Origin: a virus
Strand: one strand, 5' to 3'
Virus record (IMG/VR): IMGVR_UViG_3300012271_000010
Span: 1-64,000 of that record
DNA: 64,000 bases
Part shown: piece after piece, positions 23,759 through 33,710 of the stretch
Numbering within the stretch: the stretch's first letter is position 1
Layout of the letters: every line of letters begins with the position of its first letter
Position numbers and translations under genes: made by a program
The notes under the pieces: model-generated
Database searches by the model: none
The model's input: the letters and a program-made list of their open reading frames with translations, nothing else
Told to the model about the DNA's origin: nothing

Positions 23759-25522
23759 ATGAAAATAGGATTTATTGCTGATTACTTTAGAAATGAAATT
23801 TTAGGCGGCGCAGAAGCGAATAACGCTGTCCTGATCGACCATTTAGAAAGCAAAGGTCACGACGTTGAAAAAATTAAGAGTAGTTCTGCTATTCTTGATA
23901 AAGATACCTTTTATATTGTCGCCAATTTTATTGGTTTAAGTGAGGAGAACAAGCTTTTCCTTCAACATAACTGCGATTACATAATCAGTGAGCACGATCA
24001 TAAATACGTGAAGAATCGCGACCCATCACGTTTTAAAAATTTCAAGGCGCCTCAAGACCAAATCATTAACGCTGACTTTTACAGAAATGCAAAAGCGGTG
24101 ATAGTGCTTAGTGAGATCTGTAAGGAGGTGATTTACAAAAATCTCAAGGTATCCAACGTCTATAATATTGGTTGTAGTTTTTGGAATGAGGACCGTCTTG
24201 ATCTTTTAGAAGAATTGTCAACGACTGAAAAAATACATGATTCAGTAGTGTTGAACACTAATAATCCTACAAAAGGCATGCATGCTGCAATGGGTTATTG
24301 TAAGAAAGCTGGCATTTCTCCAGAACTTATTTCTTCAAAAGATGAATTAGAATTTCTCAAAATGTTAGCATCCGGCAAACGTCTGGTCTTCATACCACAA
24401 GTTCTTGAAACCTTTTGTCGTACTGCTGCTGAAGCAAAGATGCTCAACTGTAAATTGATTACGAAGCCCAAAATGTTGGGATTTTCAAGTGAAAGTTGTT
24501 TTCAACTTTCTGGCATAGAATTGATAAACGATATTCGCCTTAGAATCAAAAACGCATTAAAACTATTTGAAGATCTTTTGAATGGTAAGTCACCAACTAA
24601 GACAATAAAGAAAGCTGCATTCATAGGTAAGTTTCGAAGATTGTATGATGAAGAGGGTAAAGCTCGTTCTCTAGAAGAGGAAGGTGTCGAGGTTAAACGC
24701 TTTGATGAAACAACTTTTAATAAATATTCTCCAAACGATCTCACAACTCTTCTTGAATATAAACCTGATGTAGTATTTTTTACTAAGTTGCGCGTACCTC
24801 GTGCTCAAGAACTTATAGATGAATGTAAACGACGTGGGATAAAGACAGTTTGTTGGATGCCAGATTTATATTTTGGTCTCCAACGCGAACAAGAAGTCTT
24901 AAATAAAACTCCAATGTTTAGAGCGGATTATGTTTTTTCGCCTGATGGCGGAAACCAAAAGAAATTTGAAGAGTGCGGCGTCAAACATCATTTGATGAGA
25001 CAAGCAATTTTTAAAGATTCTTGTGAATTAAGAAAAGAAGAGAAGAAATATGATGTCCTGTTCGTAGGTACTTTAGGTCCAGAGCATGGTTCTCCAAGAG
25101 CAAAGCTTTTGAAGTTTCTAGAAATAGAATACGGTAACAGATTTTATTGGGCTGGTCGCACTGGACCACATGAGATAAGAAATGATTCGTTAACTAAACT
25201 GATTTCAGAATCGAAAATAGTGATTGGTGATTGCGTATACTCGAAGAATTATTGGTCAAACAGGATCTATGAAACGCTCGGTCGCGGAGGTTTTCTAATC
25301 CATCCTAATATTCCAGGTCTTGAAGATGAGTTTGAACACGGCAAGCACCTGTTGACATTCGAATATGGAAACTTGACTGAATTGAAAAGTACAATTGAGG
25401 AAGCTCTGCACGACGATTTTAGTAGAGAAATCATTAGAGAAAATGGAATGAAACACGTTAAGAAAAACCACACTCTTAGAAATAGAGCACATCAAGTGTT
25501 AGAGGTTTTAAACAATGAGTAG
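23759..25522 (+). CDS. Two-domain glycosyltransferase (GT-B fused to a CgeB/Glyco_trans_1_2-like domain)
   Basis: GGAE...ETFCRTAAEA; second domain DVLFVG...SNRIYETLGRGGFL. Confidence 0.75.
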   Translation: MKIGFIADYFRNEILGGAEANNAVLIDHLESKGHDVEKIKSSSAILDKDTFYIVANFIGLSEENKLFLQHNCDYIISEHDHKYVKNRDPSRFKNFKAPQDQIINADFYRNAKAVIVLSEICKEVIYKNLKVSNVYNIGCSFWNEDRLDLLEELSTTEKIHDSVVLNTNNPTKGMHAAMGYCKKAGISPELISSKDELEFLKMLASGKRLVFIPQVLETFCRTAAEAKMLNCKLITKPKMLGFSSESCFQLSGIELINDIRLRIKNALKLFEDLLNGKSPTKTIKKAAFIGKFRRLYDEEGKARSLEEEGVEVKRFDETTFNKYSPNDLTTLLEYKPDVVFFTKLRVPRAQELIDECKRRGIKTVCWMPDLYFGLQREQEVLNKTPMFRADYVFSPDGGNQKKFEECGVKHHLMRQAIFKDSCELRKEEKKYDVLFVGTLGPEHGSPRAKLLKFLEIEYGNRFYWAGRTGPHEIRNDSLTKLISESKIVIGDCVYSKNYWSNRIYETLGRGGFLIHPNIPGLEDEFEHGKHLLTFEYGNLTELKSTIEEALHDDFSREIIRENGMKHVKKNHTLRNRAHQVLEVLNNE

Positions 25523-26021
25523 ACCAGTTGATAAGTTAGATTTTTGGAAAGGTCGTATTGCGGATTCTAAAAATAGTGACATTCACCATAGTGTTTATCG
25601 CTGTAACGGACAGTTATGGAGTATGTTAGAAGACCATCATGTCAGGATAATGAGAGAACACATTAAACCAACCGATAAGGTACTTGATGCCGCATGTGGT
25701 TATGGAAGAATGTCTCAATATTTTAAAAAAGAGAATTATGTTGGCGTTGATTTTTCTCCTGATTTTATCGAAATTGCTAAGCAAGACTATCCTAATAATA
25801 GTTTTATTGTCGGCGATTTAAAGAATCTTCCTTTTGAAGACGAAGAATTCGATTGGTCTTTTGGAGTTTCGATTAAAGACATGATTGTCAGAGAAATTGG
25901 TGAAGCTGATTGGAGTTTGATGGAGAAAGAACTTCGCAGAGTTTCAAAGAAAATTATCCTTTTAGAATATTCAGATGGCAAAGGAAGTCACTTGACCGAC
26001 AATTACAAGGTGATTAAATGA
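25515..26021 (+). CDS. Class I SAM-dependent methyltransferase
   Basis: VLDAACGYG, GVDFS, LPF..FD. Confidence 0.88.
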   Translation: MSRPVDKLDFWKGRIADSKNSDIHHSVYRCNGQLWSMLEDHHVRIMREHIKPTDKVLDAACGYGRMSQYFKKENYVGVDFSPDFIEIAKQDYPNNSFIVGDLKNLPFEDEEFDWSFGVSIKDMIVREIGEADWSLMEKELRRVSKKIILLEYSDGKGSHLTDNYKVIK

Positions 26022-26091
26022 AAATCTGTATCGAACATCATCAGAGGTCTCCACTTCCCAGGAAAAGAATCTCCTTATTTTATAGGGAAAG

Positions 26092-26760
26092 ATGGAGAAA
26101 AGAATTACATTCATTACCAGAGAGGAAGCGATGAGGATTGAACTTGACAATTACATTAAGGTTCTAAAAGAAAAAACTACCATCGAACCAAAAGTTTTGT
26201 TCGAAGCTGGCTCTAAAACTGGCGACGACGCTGAGTTCTTAGCAAAACAACTCGGCGTGCCTGATAGTGGAGTGTATGTGTGCGAACCACATTCTGAATT
26301 TTATAAAAAAATATTAGAGAAGTATCCACAACATACTGTAATGAACATAGCTCTCTTCAATGAAGAAGGAGAATTAGAATTCAACGAAGCGAACAATCTC
26401 GACGATGGTCGTTCTTCACTGATGGGAAGAGATATCTATCAAAAAGATTTTTCAATTATAAAAGTAAAAGCAAAAAGAATGGATAATTTGATGGAAGAAC
26501 TTGGACTTGAAACTGTGGACGTTTTTAAGTTAGATGTTGAAGGTGCTTCATATGAGGTCCTTGAAAGTTTCGGTGAACGCATTGATGATCTTAAGTCCAT
26601 TCAGATTGAAGCCGAATATGACGAGGTATGGGAAAATCAAAAGACGTGGGGAGCTATTGTCGATTTTATGATGACAAACGATTTTGTCCTTCTTTGGGAA
26701 CACAATATCATTAACATCCAGATAGATTCAGTGTGGGTGAAGAAAGAGTTTATAAAATGA
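26092..26760 (+). CDS. FkbM-family methyltransferase
   Basis: FEAGS..G, EP, KLDVEG motifs. Confidence 0.82.
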   Translation: MEKRITFITREEAMRIELDNYIKVLKEKTTIEPKVLFEAGSKTGDDAEFLAKQLGVPDSGVYVCEPHSEFYKKILEKYPQHTVMNIALFNEEGELEFNEANNLDDGRSSLMGRDIYQKDFSIIKVKAKRMDNLMEELGLETVDVFKLDVEGASYEVLESFGERIDDLKSIQIEAEYDEVWENQKTWGAIVDFMMTNDFVLLWEHNIINIQIDSVWVKKEFIK

Positions 26761-27761
26761 GAGTTGGTTCCATAGTTCTATCCTCTTATCAAGGTTTGGG
26801 GATTTTAGCAAAATCATTTTATGACAATGGGATAATCCAAGAAACGTTAGTAAAACGATCTGGTAGATTTAAGAATCATCCAGAATGGTTTGATAATAAA
26901 GTTCTGGTTGGTAATCCAAACAGTGATTTCGAAGAGAAATTTGAAAAAAAAGATCTACCAGAAGTGGTAGATTTCTTATCTAAAATCGATGTATTGTTGT
27001 TGTTTGAGATTCCTTTCGTAAAACAGCTGATAACTTTGGCTAAACAAATGGGTGTTAAAGTAGCACTGATGCCAATGTACGAATGTACACCTTATCCTTT
27101 AGAAGCTGATTTGTATATCTGTCCATCAGTCCTGGACGAAGATTATTATAAGAAAATGTATCCCAAAGGGAATGTAACTCAGATAAACGTACCAGTTCAA
27201 GTTGATTTTAAACTTAGAGAAAGGGCACACATCTTCGTTCATAATGCAGGTAATGGCGGAACATTCGGTAGGAATGGAACTAAAGAGATCTTAGAAGCGA
27301 TGAAATACGTTAAGTCTCCTATCAAACTGATCTTAAGGACTCAAAAAAATGGTTATACTTCTGATGATCCTCGAATAGAGATTGTTACAAGCACAGTGTC
27401 GTATGATGAGTTGTGGTCAAAAGGAGATGTGTTTTTGTTTCCTGAAAAGTTTAATGGTCTCTCTTTACCGCTTCAAGAAGCGCACGGTTGCGGCATGCTG
27501 GTTATGACGGGCAACCGAAGACCAAACAACGTTTGGTTGCCGCAGGAGCCTTTAATCCCTGTAGACAGAGAGCACGAAACTAAAATAGTTAATGTAAAAT
27601 TTCAAATGTCTGAGTTCGATCCTCGTAAAATAGCTGAAAAGATTGACCACTGGTATGGTAAAGATATAACAGAGTTTTCAATGAGAGGAAAAGCTTGGGC
27701 TGAAGTGAACTCATGGGAAACGTTAAGACCAGTATATCTGGATTCATTAAGGAGAATTTAA
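26757..27761 (+). CDS. Glycosyltransferase (GT-B-like)
   Basis: DVFLFPEKFNGLSLPLQEA donor-binding motif. Confidence 0.7.
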   Translation: MRVGSIVLSSYQGLGILAKSFYDNGIIQETLVKRSGRFKNHPEWFDNKVLVGNPNSDFEEKFEKKDLPEVVDFLSKIDVLLLFEIPFVKQLITLAKQMGVKVALMPMYECTPYPLEADLYICPSVLDEDYYKKMYPKGNVTQINVPVQVDFKLRERAHIFVHNAGNGGTFGRNGTKEILEAMKYVKSPIKLILRTQKNGYTSDDPRIEIVTSTVSYDELWSKGDVFLFPEKFNGLSLPLQEAHGCGMLVMTGNRRPNNVWLPQEPLIPVDREHETKIVNVKFQMSEFDPRKIAEKIDHWYGKDITEFSMRGKAWAEVNSWETLRPVYLDSLRRI

Positions 27762-27762
27762 T

Positions 27763-28725
27763 ATGTCAAGAAACGACGAAATTAGAAATGCTAAAGTTTG
27801 TGTAATTGGGGGCGCCGGTTTTCTTGGTTCTCATCTGGTGAATCATTTGGTTGACGACAGAAATTGTGAAGTTTTGGTCCTTGACAATTTGATTACAGGT
27901 TTAAAAAAATACATCAATTCAAAAGCAACTTTCAAATGGCATGACATTCGCGATGATGGTAATACTTTGTCGAATATTCTTCTTGAACATGAGATTGAGT
28001 GGGTTTTCAATTATGCAGCCGAACCATATATTCCAGAGTGCTTTGAACGACCAATGCATTTTTTTGATATCAATGCTACCTCTGTTCTCAGAGTCTTGAA
28101 TGCTTGCGACGTAGCAAAAGTAAAAGGTCTTTTGCAAGTTTCCTCAGCTGAAATCTATGGAGATATGAAAGGTAAAATTAAAGAAACCGACTCTGTGGTC
28201 CCACACTCAACTTATGGCGTGTCTAAAGTTGCTGCTGACGGTCTGGTGCAAGTTCGCTGGCGCGAAGCAAAAGTCCCCTCTATTGCTATGAGACAGTTTA
28301 ATTGTGTTGGAGAAAGAGAAACACATGAATATGTTATTCCTGAGATTATTCAACAGTTGGCTAAGTCATCTACGGTAAACCTGGGAAACAACTCTTTTAG
28401 AGACTTTCAATATGCTGGTGACGCTGTAAGGATGGCAGTAGAACTTCTTGAAAAAGGAGAATTCGGTGAAGTCTATAATATGGGAAGTGAAGGCGGTATT
28501 CAAATTTACGACTTAGCTAATCTCATCGGAGAAATCATTGGTCATGAGGAAGTGACGATTAAGACAGAGTCATCCCGCCAACGCCCTTGGGAAATCTGGC
28601 ACCTACAGTCTGACAACACTAAATTGTATTCAGTAATTGAATCACGTCCTACGGTTACTTTGCGAGAATCCTTGGAAAAGACTGTAAAATTTTACTTTGA
28701 TAACGGGCATTCCTGGGATTATTAA
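27763..28725 (+). CDS. NAD-dependent NDP-sugar epimerase/dehydratase
   Basis: GGAGFLG, SSAEIYG, YGVSK. Confidence 0.9.
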   Translation: MSRNDEIRNAKVCVIGGAGFLGSHLVNHLVDDRNCEVLVLDNLITGLKKYINSKATFKWHDIRDDGNTLSNILLEHEIEWVFNYAAEPYIPECFERPMHFFDINATSVLRVLNACDVAKVKGLLQVSSAEIYGDMKGKIKETDSVVPHSTYGVSKVAADGLVQVRWREAKVPSIAMRQFNCVGERETHEYVIPEIIQQLAKSSTVNLGNNSFRDFQYAGDAVRMAVELLEKGEFGEVYNMGSEGGIQIYDLANLIGEIIGHEEVTIKTESSRQRPWEIWHLQSDNTKLYSVIESRPTVTLRESLEKTVKFYFDNGHSWDY

Positions 28726-28726
28726 A

Positions 28727-29710
28727 ATGTTAGCTCCTTATCTTGAATTAGAGAAAAAATATGCAGAATATATCGGCACCAGCGGCTGTGTGACTACTAA
28801 CACTGGGACTTCCGCTCTACATACAGCTCTAGAAGCTTTAGAGCTTAATCCAGGAGATGAAGTCATTGTACCTGAATTTACAATGATAGCTTCAGCTTGG
28901 GCTGTTGTATACGCTGGTCTTAAACCAGTTTTTGTTGATTGTCAACATAATCTTTTGATTGACCCTAATAAAATCGAAGAGAAAATAACACCTAGAACTA
29001 AAGTTATTATGGTTACCCATGTCTATGGTCGTGTTTGTGAAATGAAGAGAATTCATGGAATAGCTAAAAAATATGGTTTAAGGTTGATTGAAGATGCTTG
29101 CGAAGCTCAAGGGGCGAGATATGAAAATGAAAAGAAGGTTGGAAGTCTAGACATTGGTTGCTTTTCATTTTATAGAAATAAAATTATTTGTGCTGAAGAG
29201 GGCGGCGCGATTACTTCAAATGATGAAGATTTCCTAAAGAAGTGTTCTGATTTGAAGAGCATGTCTTTTGGTTCAGAACACAATTATCTCCATGGAAAGA
29301 TCGGATTTAATTATAGAATGACAGATTCCCAAGCAGTTTTGGCATTGAAATCTCTTGAAAATGTTGAAGAAAATCTAAAAGCTAGAAAGCTAGTTGAAAG
29401 CTGGTACAATAAACATCTTCCTTATAAATTTCAAAATTCTCTTTGGTTAGAAAGAAGTGTAGTTTGGGTTTATGACATTAGAGTCGACTCTCAAATCAAA
29501 GATGACCTCGTCGCGTTTTTAAATAGCAAGGGAATAACTGCTCGGCACAGCTTTAAGCCAATGTCTATGCAACCAACATTCAATTATAATTATAAAAATT
29601 TAGTTTCATATCGAGCTTCGAAAGAAGTTTGTTATTTGCCTGTCATACCCGAAATGGATGAACCGGAAGTGGTTAAAATTTGTAATTTAGTTAAGGAATT
29701 CTTTAAATGA
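28727..29710 (+). CDS. DegT/DnrJ/EryC1/StrS NDP-sugar aminotransferase (perosamine synthase-like)
   Basis: GTSALH, EDACEA, FSFYRNKII..EGG, GFNYRM. Confidence 0.9.
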   Translation: MLAPYLELEKKYAEYIGTSGCVTTNTGTSALHTALEALELNPGDEVIVPEFTMIASAWAVVYAGLKPVFVDCQHNLLIDPNKIEEKITPRTKVIMVTHVYGRVCEMKRIHGIAKKYGLRLIEDACEAQGARYENEKKVGSLDIGCFSFYRNKIICAEEGGAITSNDEDFLKKCSDLKSMSFGSEHNYLHGKIGFNYRMTDSQAVLALKSLENVEENLKARKLVESWYNKHLPYKFQNSLWLERSVVWVYDIRVDSQIKDDLVAFLNSKGITARHSFKPMSMQPTFNYNYKNLVSYRASKEVCYLPVIPEMDEPEVVKICNLVKEFFK

Positions 29711-30543
29711 AAAAAACAATTGGGATTATTGGATACGGGTTTGTCGGTAGAGCGGTATCTCAACTTTCGGAAGTATACGAGGTCAACATTTATGATCCGT
29801 TCGTAGAACAGTATAGTTCACTAGAAAATAAGAATGCATCTTATCTTAGTGATTACGTGGTGGTGTGCGTACCAACTCCAACAAATTCAGATGGTTCGTT
29901 GGAGTTGGGATTGGTAGATAGTTGTGTTTCTGAATGGTCGACAAAAAATAGAAATAGTCTAGACCTTAAAAATAAAGAGTCTATTTTGATTATTAAATCT
30001 ACTATCGAACCAGGTACTATTAAAAAGCTTTCGAGAAAACATAACACAAAAAAGATAGTCCATAATCCAGAATTTTTGACTCAACGTACTGCAATGGAAG
30101 ATTTTAGAAATCCTGTAGAAGTGATAGTCGGCGGCGAAGATCCTAAAGTAGTTGATAGTGTCTTGAATTTGTATAGAGGTTATTATGTTTCTGGAGATAG
30201 AGAACCAAAATATTATGGGACAAGTTCCAAAATGGCTGAACTAGTAAAAATAACTAGAAATTCTTTTTATGCTGTTAAGGTTTCTTATTTCAATGAAATA
30301 AAAGAGTTGTGCACAAAAATCGATGTAGATTACAAACAGTTCAGAGAAATTTTTACTTTGGGCGGAGACCATCCTTGGATCTCAAAACAACATACACAAG
30401 TACCTGGTCCAGATGGTAAGGTTGGTTTTGGCGGTGCTTGCCTTCCGAAGGATTCACAAGGACTAGTAGAATTATCAGAAACACTTGGAGTGTCGATGAC
30501 GACTCTTAAAGGTGCGATTAAATCAAATAAAAGGAGAAGATAA
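29707..30543 (+). CDS. UDP-glucose/GDP-mannose dehydrogenase family (lacks C-terminal domain)
   Basis: GYGFVG, CVPTP, KST, NPEFL, GFGGACLPKD. Confidence 0.88.
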   Translation: MKKTIGIIGYGFVGRAVSQLSEVYEVNIYDPFVEQYSSLENKNASYLSDYVVVCVPTPTNSDGSLELGLVDSCVSEWSTKNRNSLDLKNKESILIIKSTIEPGTIKKLSRKHNTKKIVHNPEFLTQRTAMEDFRNPVEVIVGGEDPKVVDSVLNLYRGYYVSGDREPKYYGTSSKMAELVKITRNSFYAVKVSYFNEIKELCTKIDVDYKQFREIFTLGGDHPWISKQHTQVPGPDGKVGFGGACLPKDSQGLVELSETLGVSMTTLKGAIKSNKRRR

Positions 30544-30755
30544 TGAAATTAAGTAATCAAATGGTTGGAGCGGTCATGATGGCACTTCAAAATAGTCTGA
30601 TGAACCAAACCGATATTCAACCGGAATTCGAAGGTTGGGAAGTATTCTTAAAGGATGGAGAACTTTTTGTTGAAAATCCTCCACAAGTTAATTTTGAAGA
30701 AGATCTTGATGAGACTGATGACATCTTAGATTTTCTCACAGAACCAACTGAGTAA
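30543..30755 (+). CDS. Hypothetical protein
   Basis: 70 aa ORF coupled to the previous gene. Confidence 0.6.
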   Translation: MKLSNQMVGAVMMALQNSLMNQTDIQPEFEGWEVFLKDGELFVENPPQVNFEEDLDETDDILDFLTEPTE

Positions 30756-30762
30756 AATAAAA

Positions 30763-31029
30763 ATGCCTCGATATGAATACAAGTGTAAAGACTGTGAAAA
30801 TACTGTTATACTAAGCCACAGTAGAAAGGATGTCGTTGCAGTTAAGATCTGTCCTAATTGTGACAGCTCTTCTGAACTTGAAAGAATCTATTCTTTTTCG
30901 ATAAGCAAGGATGCAGTTCAAAAAGAAAACAAACCAGGTAGTTTAGTAAAATCACACATCGAAGAAGCTAAAGAAGAATTGAAAGAAGAAAAGAAAAAAT
31001 TAGTTGAGAAGGATTTTAAAGTATGTTAA
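30763..31029 (+). CDS. FmdB-like zinc-ribbon protein
   Basis: MPRYEYKCKDC...CPNC. Confidence 0.8.
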   Translation: MPRYEYKCKDCENTVILSHSRKDVVAVKICPNCDSSSELERIYSFSISKDAVQKENKPGSLVKSHIEEAKEELKEEKKKLVEKDFKVC

Positions 31030-31376
31030 GTTTTACCGTTGTTTTATTATTGTCGTTAGCACTTAATGTTATTACGATCTGGTATATTATAAAACTTCTC
31101 AAAAAATATGTACCTATTTCTGAGGATCTTATCGACTTGTTCGAAAAATTGGAAGAATATCATTTTCATGTTAAGACGGTATCGGAAATGCAATCTTTTT
31201 ATGGAGATGAAATTCTTTTGAATCTTTTACGACATTCTAAAACAGTAGTTCACGAAGTAGGGGAGTTTAAGAAAGCTTATTCTCTATTGGATGAACCTGA
31301 CGAAGTTCTAGAACTTGAAGAAGGAGAAGAAGTAGATGACGACCCCGAGAATAAAGACGACGCCCGCGAAGCGTAA
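31023..31376 (+). CDS. Membrane-anchored hypothetical protein
   Basis: N-terminal hydrophobic helix, acidic tail. Confidence 0.6.
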   Translation: MLSFTVVLLLSLALNVITIWYIIKLLKKYVPISEDLIDLFEKLEEYHFHVKTVSEMQSFYGDEILLNLLRHSKTVVHEVGEFKKAYSLLDEPDEVLELEEGEEVDDDPENKDDAREA

Positions 31377-32055
31377 GCGCCGCTCAAAAGGAAGATTATA
31401 CTTTACGCAAGAGCATCAAGATGCAATTGTAGCTTTTGCAAAATCAGATAATCATGAAGAAAGAGAAAAACTTTATCGTGACTTGATAGGACCAACTTTC
31501 AATGAGTTGGTTGATAAGATAGTTTTTACTTATAAATTTAATAGCTTACCGAATATCGAAGTTTTAAAACACGAATGTAAGGTAGATCTGACTACTATTT
31601 TAGGAAAGTTTGATCCTGACAAAGGATCAAAAGCTTTTTCATATTTTAGTGTTATAACTAAGAATTGGTTTATTCATAAAACAAAAAAGACGGCAAAACA
31701 ACGCGAGCGCGAAGTATACCTCGAAGATGTGAAGCGTGAATCTGATTTTATCACCTTATCAGAAGAAAACCAATATCACAATAAGAGAGAATACAAAGAA
31801 TTTTGGTTAAGTCTTCGTGAAGAGATCGTTAACTGGGAGAAGATGGAACTTAAAGAGAACGAACAAAAAGTTCTCAAAGCTATAAATATTTTATTTGACA
31901 ATGCGGAAGATATTCCTATTTTTAACAAAAAAGCTGTGTATCTCTATTTAAGAGAGATAACAGGTCTCAACACAAAACAGATTGTAAACAATCTTAATAA
32001 ACTTAGATCTAAATATGAACTTTTTAGAAAGAAGTGGGATGAAGGAGAGATATGA
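31336..32055 (+). CDS. Phage sigma-factor-like protein (possible late sigma)
   Basis: KFDPDKGSKAFSYF matches the sigma region 2 motif. Confidence 0.65.
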   Translation: MTTPRIKTTPAKRKRRSKGRLYFTQEHQDAIVAFAKSDNHEEREKLYRDLIGPTFNELVDKIVFTYKFNSLPNIEVLKHECKVDLTTILGKFDPDKGSKAFSYFSVITKNWFIHKTKKTAKQREREVYLEDVKRESDFITLSEENQYHNKREYKEFWLSLREEIVNWEKMELKENEQKVLKAINILFDNAEDIPIFNKKAVYLYLREITGLNTKQIVNNLNKLRSKYELFRKKWDEGEI

Positions 32056-32390
32056 GTAAGCTTAAAGAAATTTTAGAAAAGACTCTTACTTCAATCGACA
32101 GCGATAGAACTGACGCTAAACAAATGTTTGATGATATCGCTTCTCATATCGGCAAATCAGCGGATAAATATGCCACTCTAGGTCTGACAGCTGCTAAGTT
32201 TTTAGAAACACTTCAGAAATCAAATGAGCAGAGAGTTAAGCTTCTTAGTATTTTTTCTAGTCGTCTTGAAGATGAAGATGATTTTGGAGAAGTCTCTAAG
32301 GAAGAAGCTGATGCAATTTATGAACAGTTTGAAGAAGAAGAAAACGAAGTAGTGGTTGAACCGATTGAGGAAATTAAGGATGGGTCGTAA
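32052..32390 (+). CDS. Hypothetical helical protein
   Basis: 112 aa ORF, ATGA-coupled. Confidence 0.65.
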   Translation: MSKLKEILEKTLTSIDSDRTDAKQMFDDIASHIGKSADKYATLGLTAAKFLETLQKSNEQRVKLLSIFSSRLEDEDDFGEVSKEEADAIYEQFEEEENEVVVEPIEEIKDGS

Positions 32391-33702
32391 GAATTTTAAA
32401 TATGGAGATTTAAATCCTGCTAATCATCCTCAAGATGGTAGAACACTCGATCCAGAATCATTTACTGGTGCTGGCAATTTAACAGAAGCTGCTCGCCGTG
32501 TCAACACTCCAAATTTTATTGAAAAACTTGGTTTTCCTTTAAAAGGAATTGTGATTCGTGTCGAAACGAATCATAAAGGAAAACCAGAAGCTTCAAGCAA
32601 TTCTAACGAAGGTTGGGGCGCTTGGTCATATAGTTCTACCCTTCCGCAACCTCAATTATGGCGTTGTCGAGTAAGAATTCCTGAGTTGCACGCCCACCTC
32701 CCGATTCCGTTTGATTTTGGACCCGAGGGGCTAAATTCTATTATGGCTTTATATCCAGTTTTTCAAGCTAAAGATGAAGCGACGGCACCACCGATTGTCG
32801 GAGAAATTTGTTATGTAGATTTCGGTGACAGAGAAAGATTCGAAGATCCAATCTTTTTAGGAATGATTAAAAGTGGTGGAACCCCAGTTGAAGGCGGTAC
32901 ATCTTCTGAGAATTCTAACCCTGTTCCTTCTTTAGTCATTAACGAAAATCCTGGTCCTTTAAGCGTCCAAGCGCCGCCAGGAGATTCCATTGGATCTTCT
33001 TTTGAAATAGAGCCAGAGCTTGACGCTCAAAGTCAAGTTCCTGTAGTCGTTCCGCCCAAAGAAACTTTCAAGTGTACAGATACCAAAAATCCTTCTAACA
33101 ATCCTCCAAGTTGTGGACCCCTTGTTTCTACGTCTCCTGGTGAATACGAAACTGCTGAGCGCGGACGTTCAACTGGCAAAAAAGAAATGGCAACATGGAA
33201 CAATCGTTCTCGTAAAGACGTATTGGTTTTAGCTGCTTCTAAACATACTCTAGAGTTGATGGAAGCAGCTTTTATAAAAGATACTGGAATTAAAGATATT
33301 GATATAAAGCGTTTTATCGTTTCAGGTTTTAGAAATTTAGAACATCAAGAATGCCAAAGAAAAAAATATGAAGAATGTCTTAAAGAATGGAAGCGAAAAG
33401 GAGGTAAGCGTCCTACTAGAAGAAACCCACCCGATAAAGGAGCCCTTTTAGATGAGCAACCATCCGCAGTTGCTAAATCAGGTTTTTCAAAACATAACTC
33501 TGGTCTGGCAGTGGATTTTGATCACGACGGTAAGGGAAAAGGTAAAAAATCTAGATCAATAGCTTTGTGGATTTGGTTGCAAAAGAATTCTAGAAAATTT
33601 GGCTGGGTCAATCCAGCTTGGGCTCGGAACAACCCAGCTGAGCCATGGCATTTCGAGTTTAATGAAAGTCTTGCGAAGAAAAATGGTATGCTTCCGCAGT
33701 GA
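32380..33702 (+). CDS. gp5/VgrG-OB-like baseplate hub protein with C-terminal M15 (D-Ala-D-Ala) peptidase
   Basis: RCRVRIP...P.VGE..YVDF...PIFLG; SGFR, SKHNSGLAVD, EPWHFE. Confidence 0.75.
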   Translation: MGRKNFKYGDLNPANHPQDGRTLDPESFTGAGNLTEAARRVNTPNFIEKLGFPLKGIVIRVETNHKGKPEASSNSNEGWGAWSYSSTLPQPQLWRCRVRIPELHAHLPIPFDFGPEGLNSIMALYPVFQAKDEATAPPIVGEICYVDFGDRERFEDPIFLGMIKSGGTPVEGGTSSENSNPVPSLVINENPGPLSVQAPPGDSIGSSFEIEPELDAQSQVPVVVPPKETFKCTDTKNPSNNPPSCGPLVSTSPGEYETAERGRSTGKKEMATWNNRSRKDVLVLAASKHTLELMEAAFIKDTGIKDIDIKRFIVSGFRNLEHQECQRKKYEECLKEWKRKGGKRPTRRNPPDKGALLDEQPSAVAKSGFSKHNSGLAVDFDHDGKGKGKKSRSIALWIWLQKNSRKFGWVNPAWARNNPAEPWHFEFNESLAKKNGMLPQ

Positions 33703-33710
33703 GATAAAAA

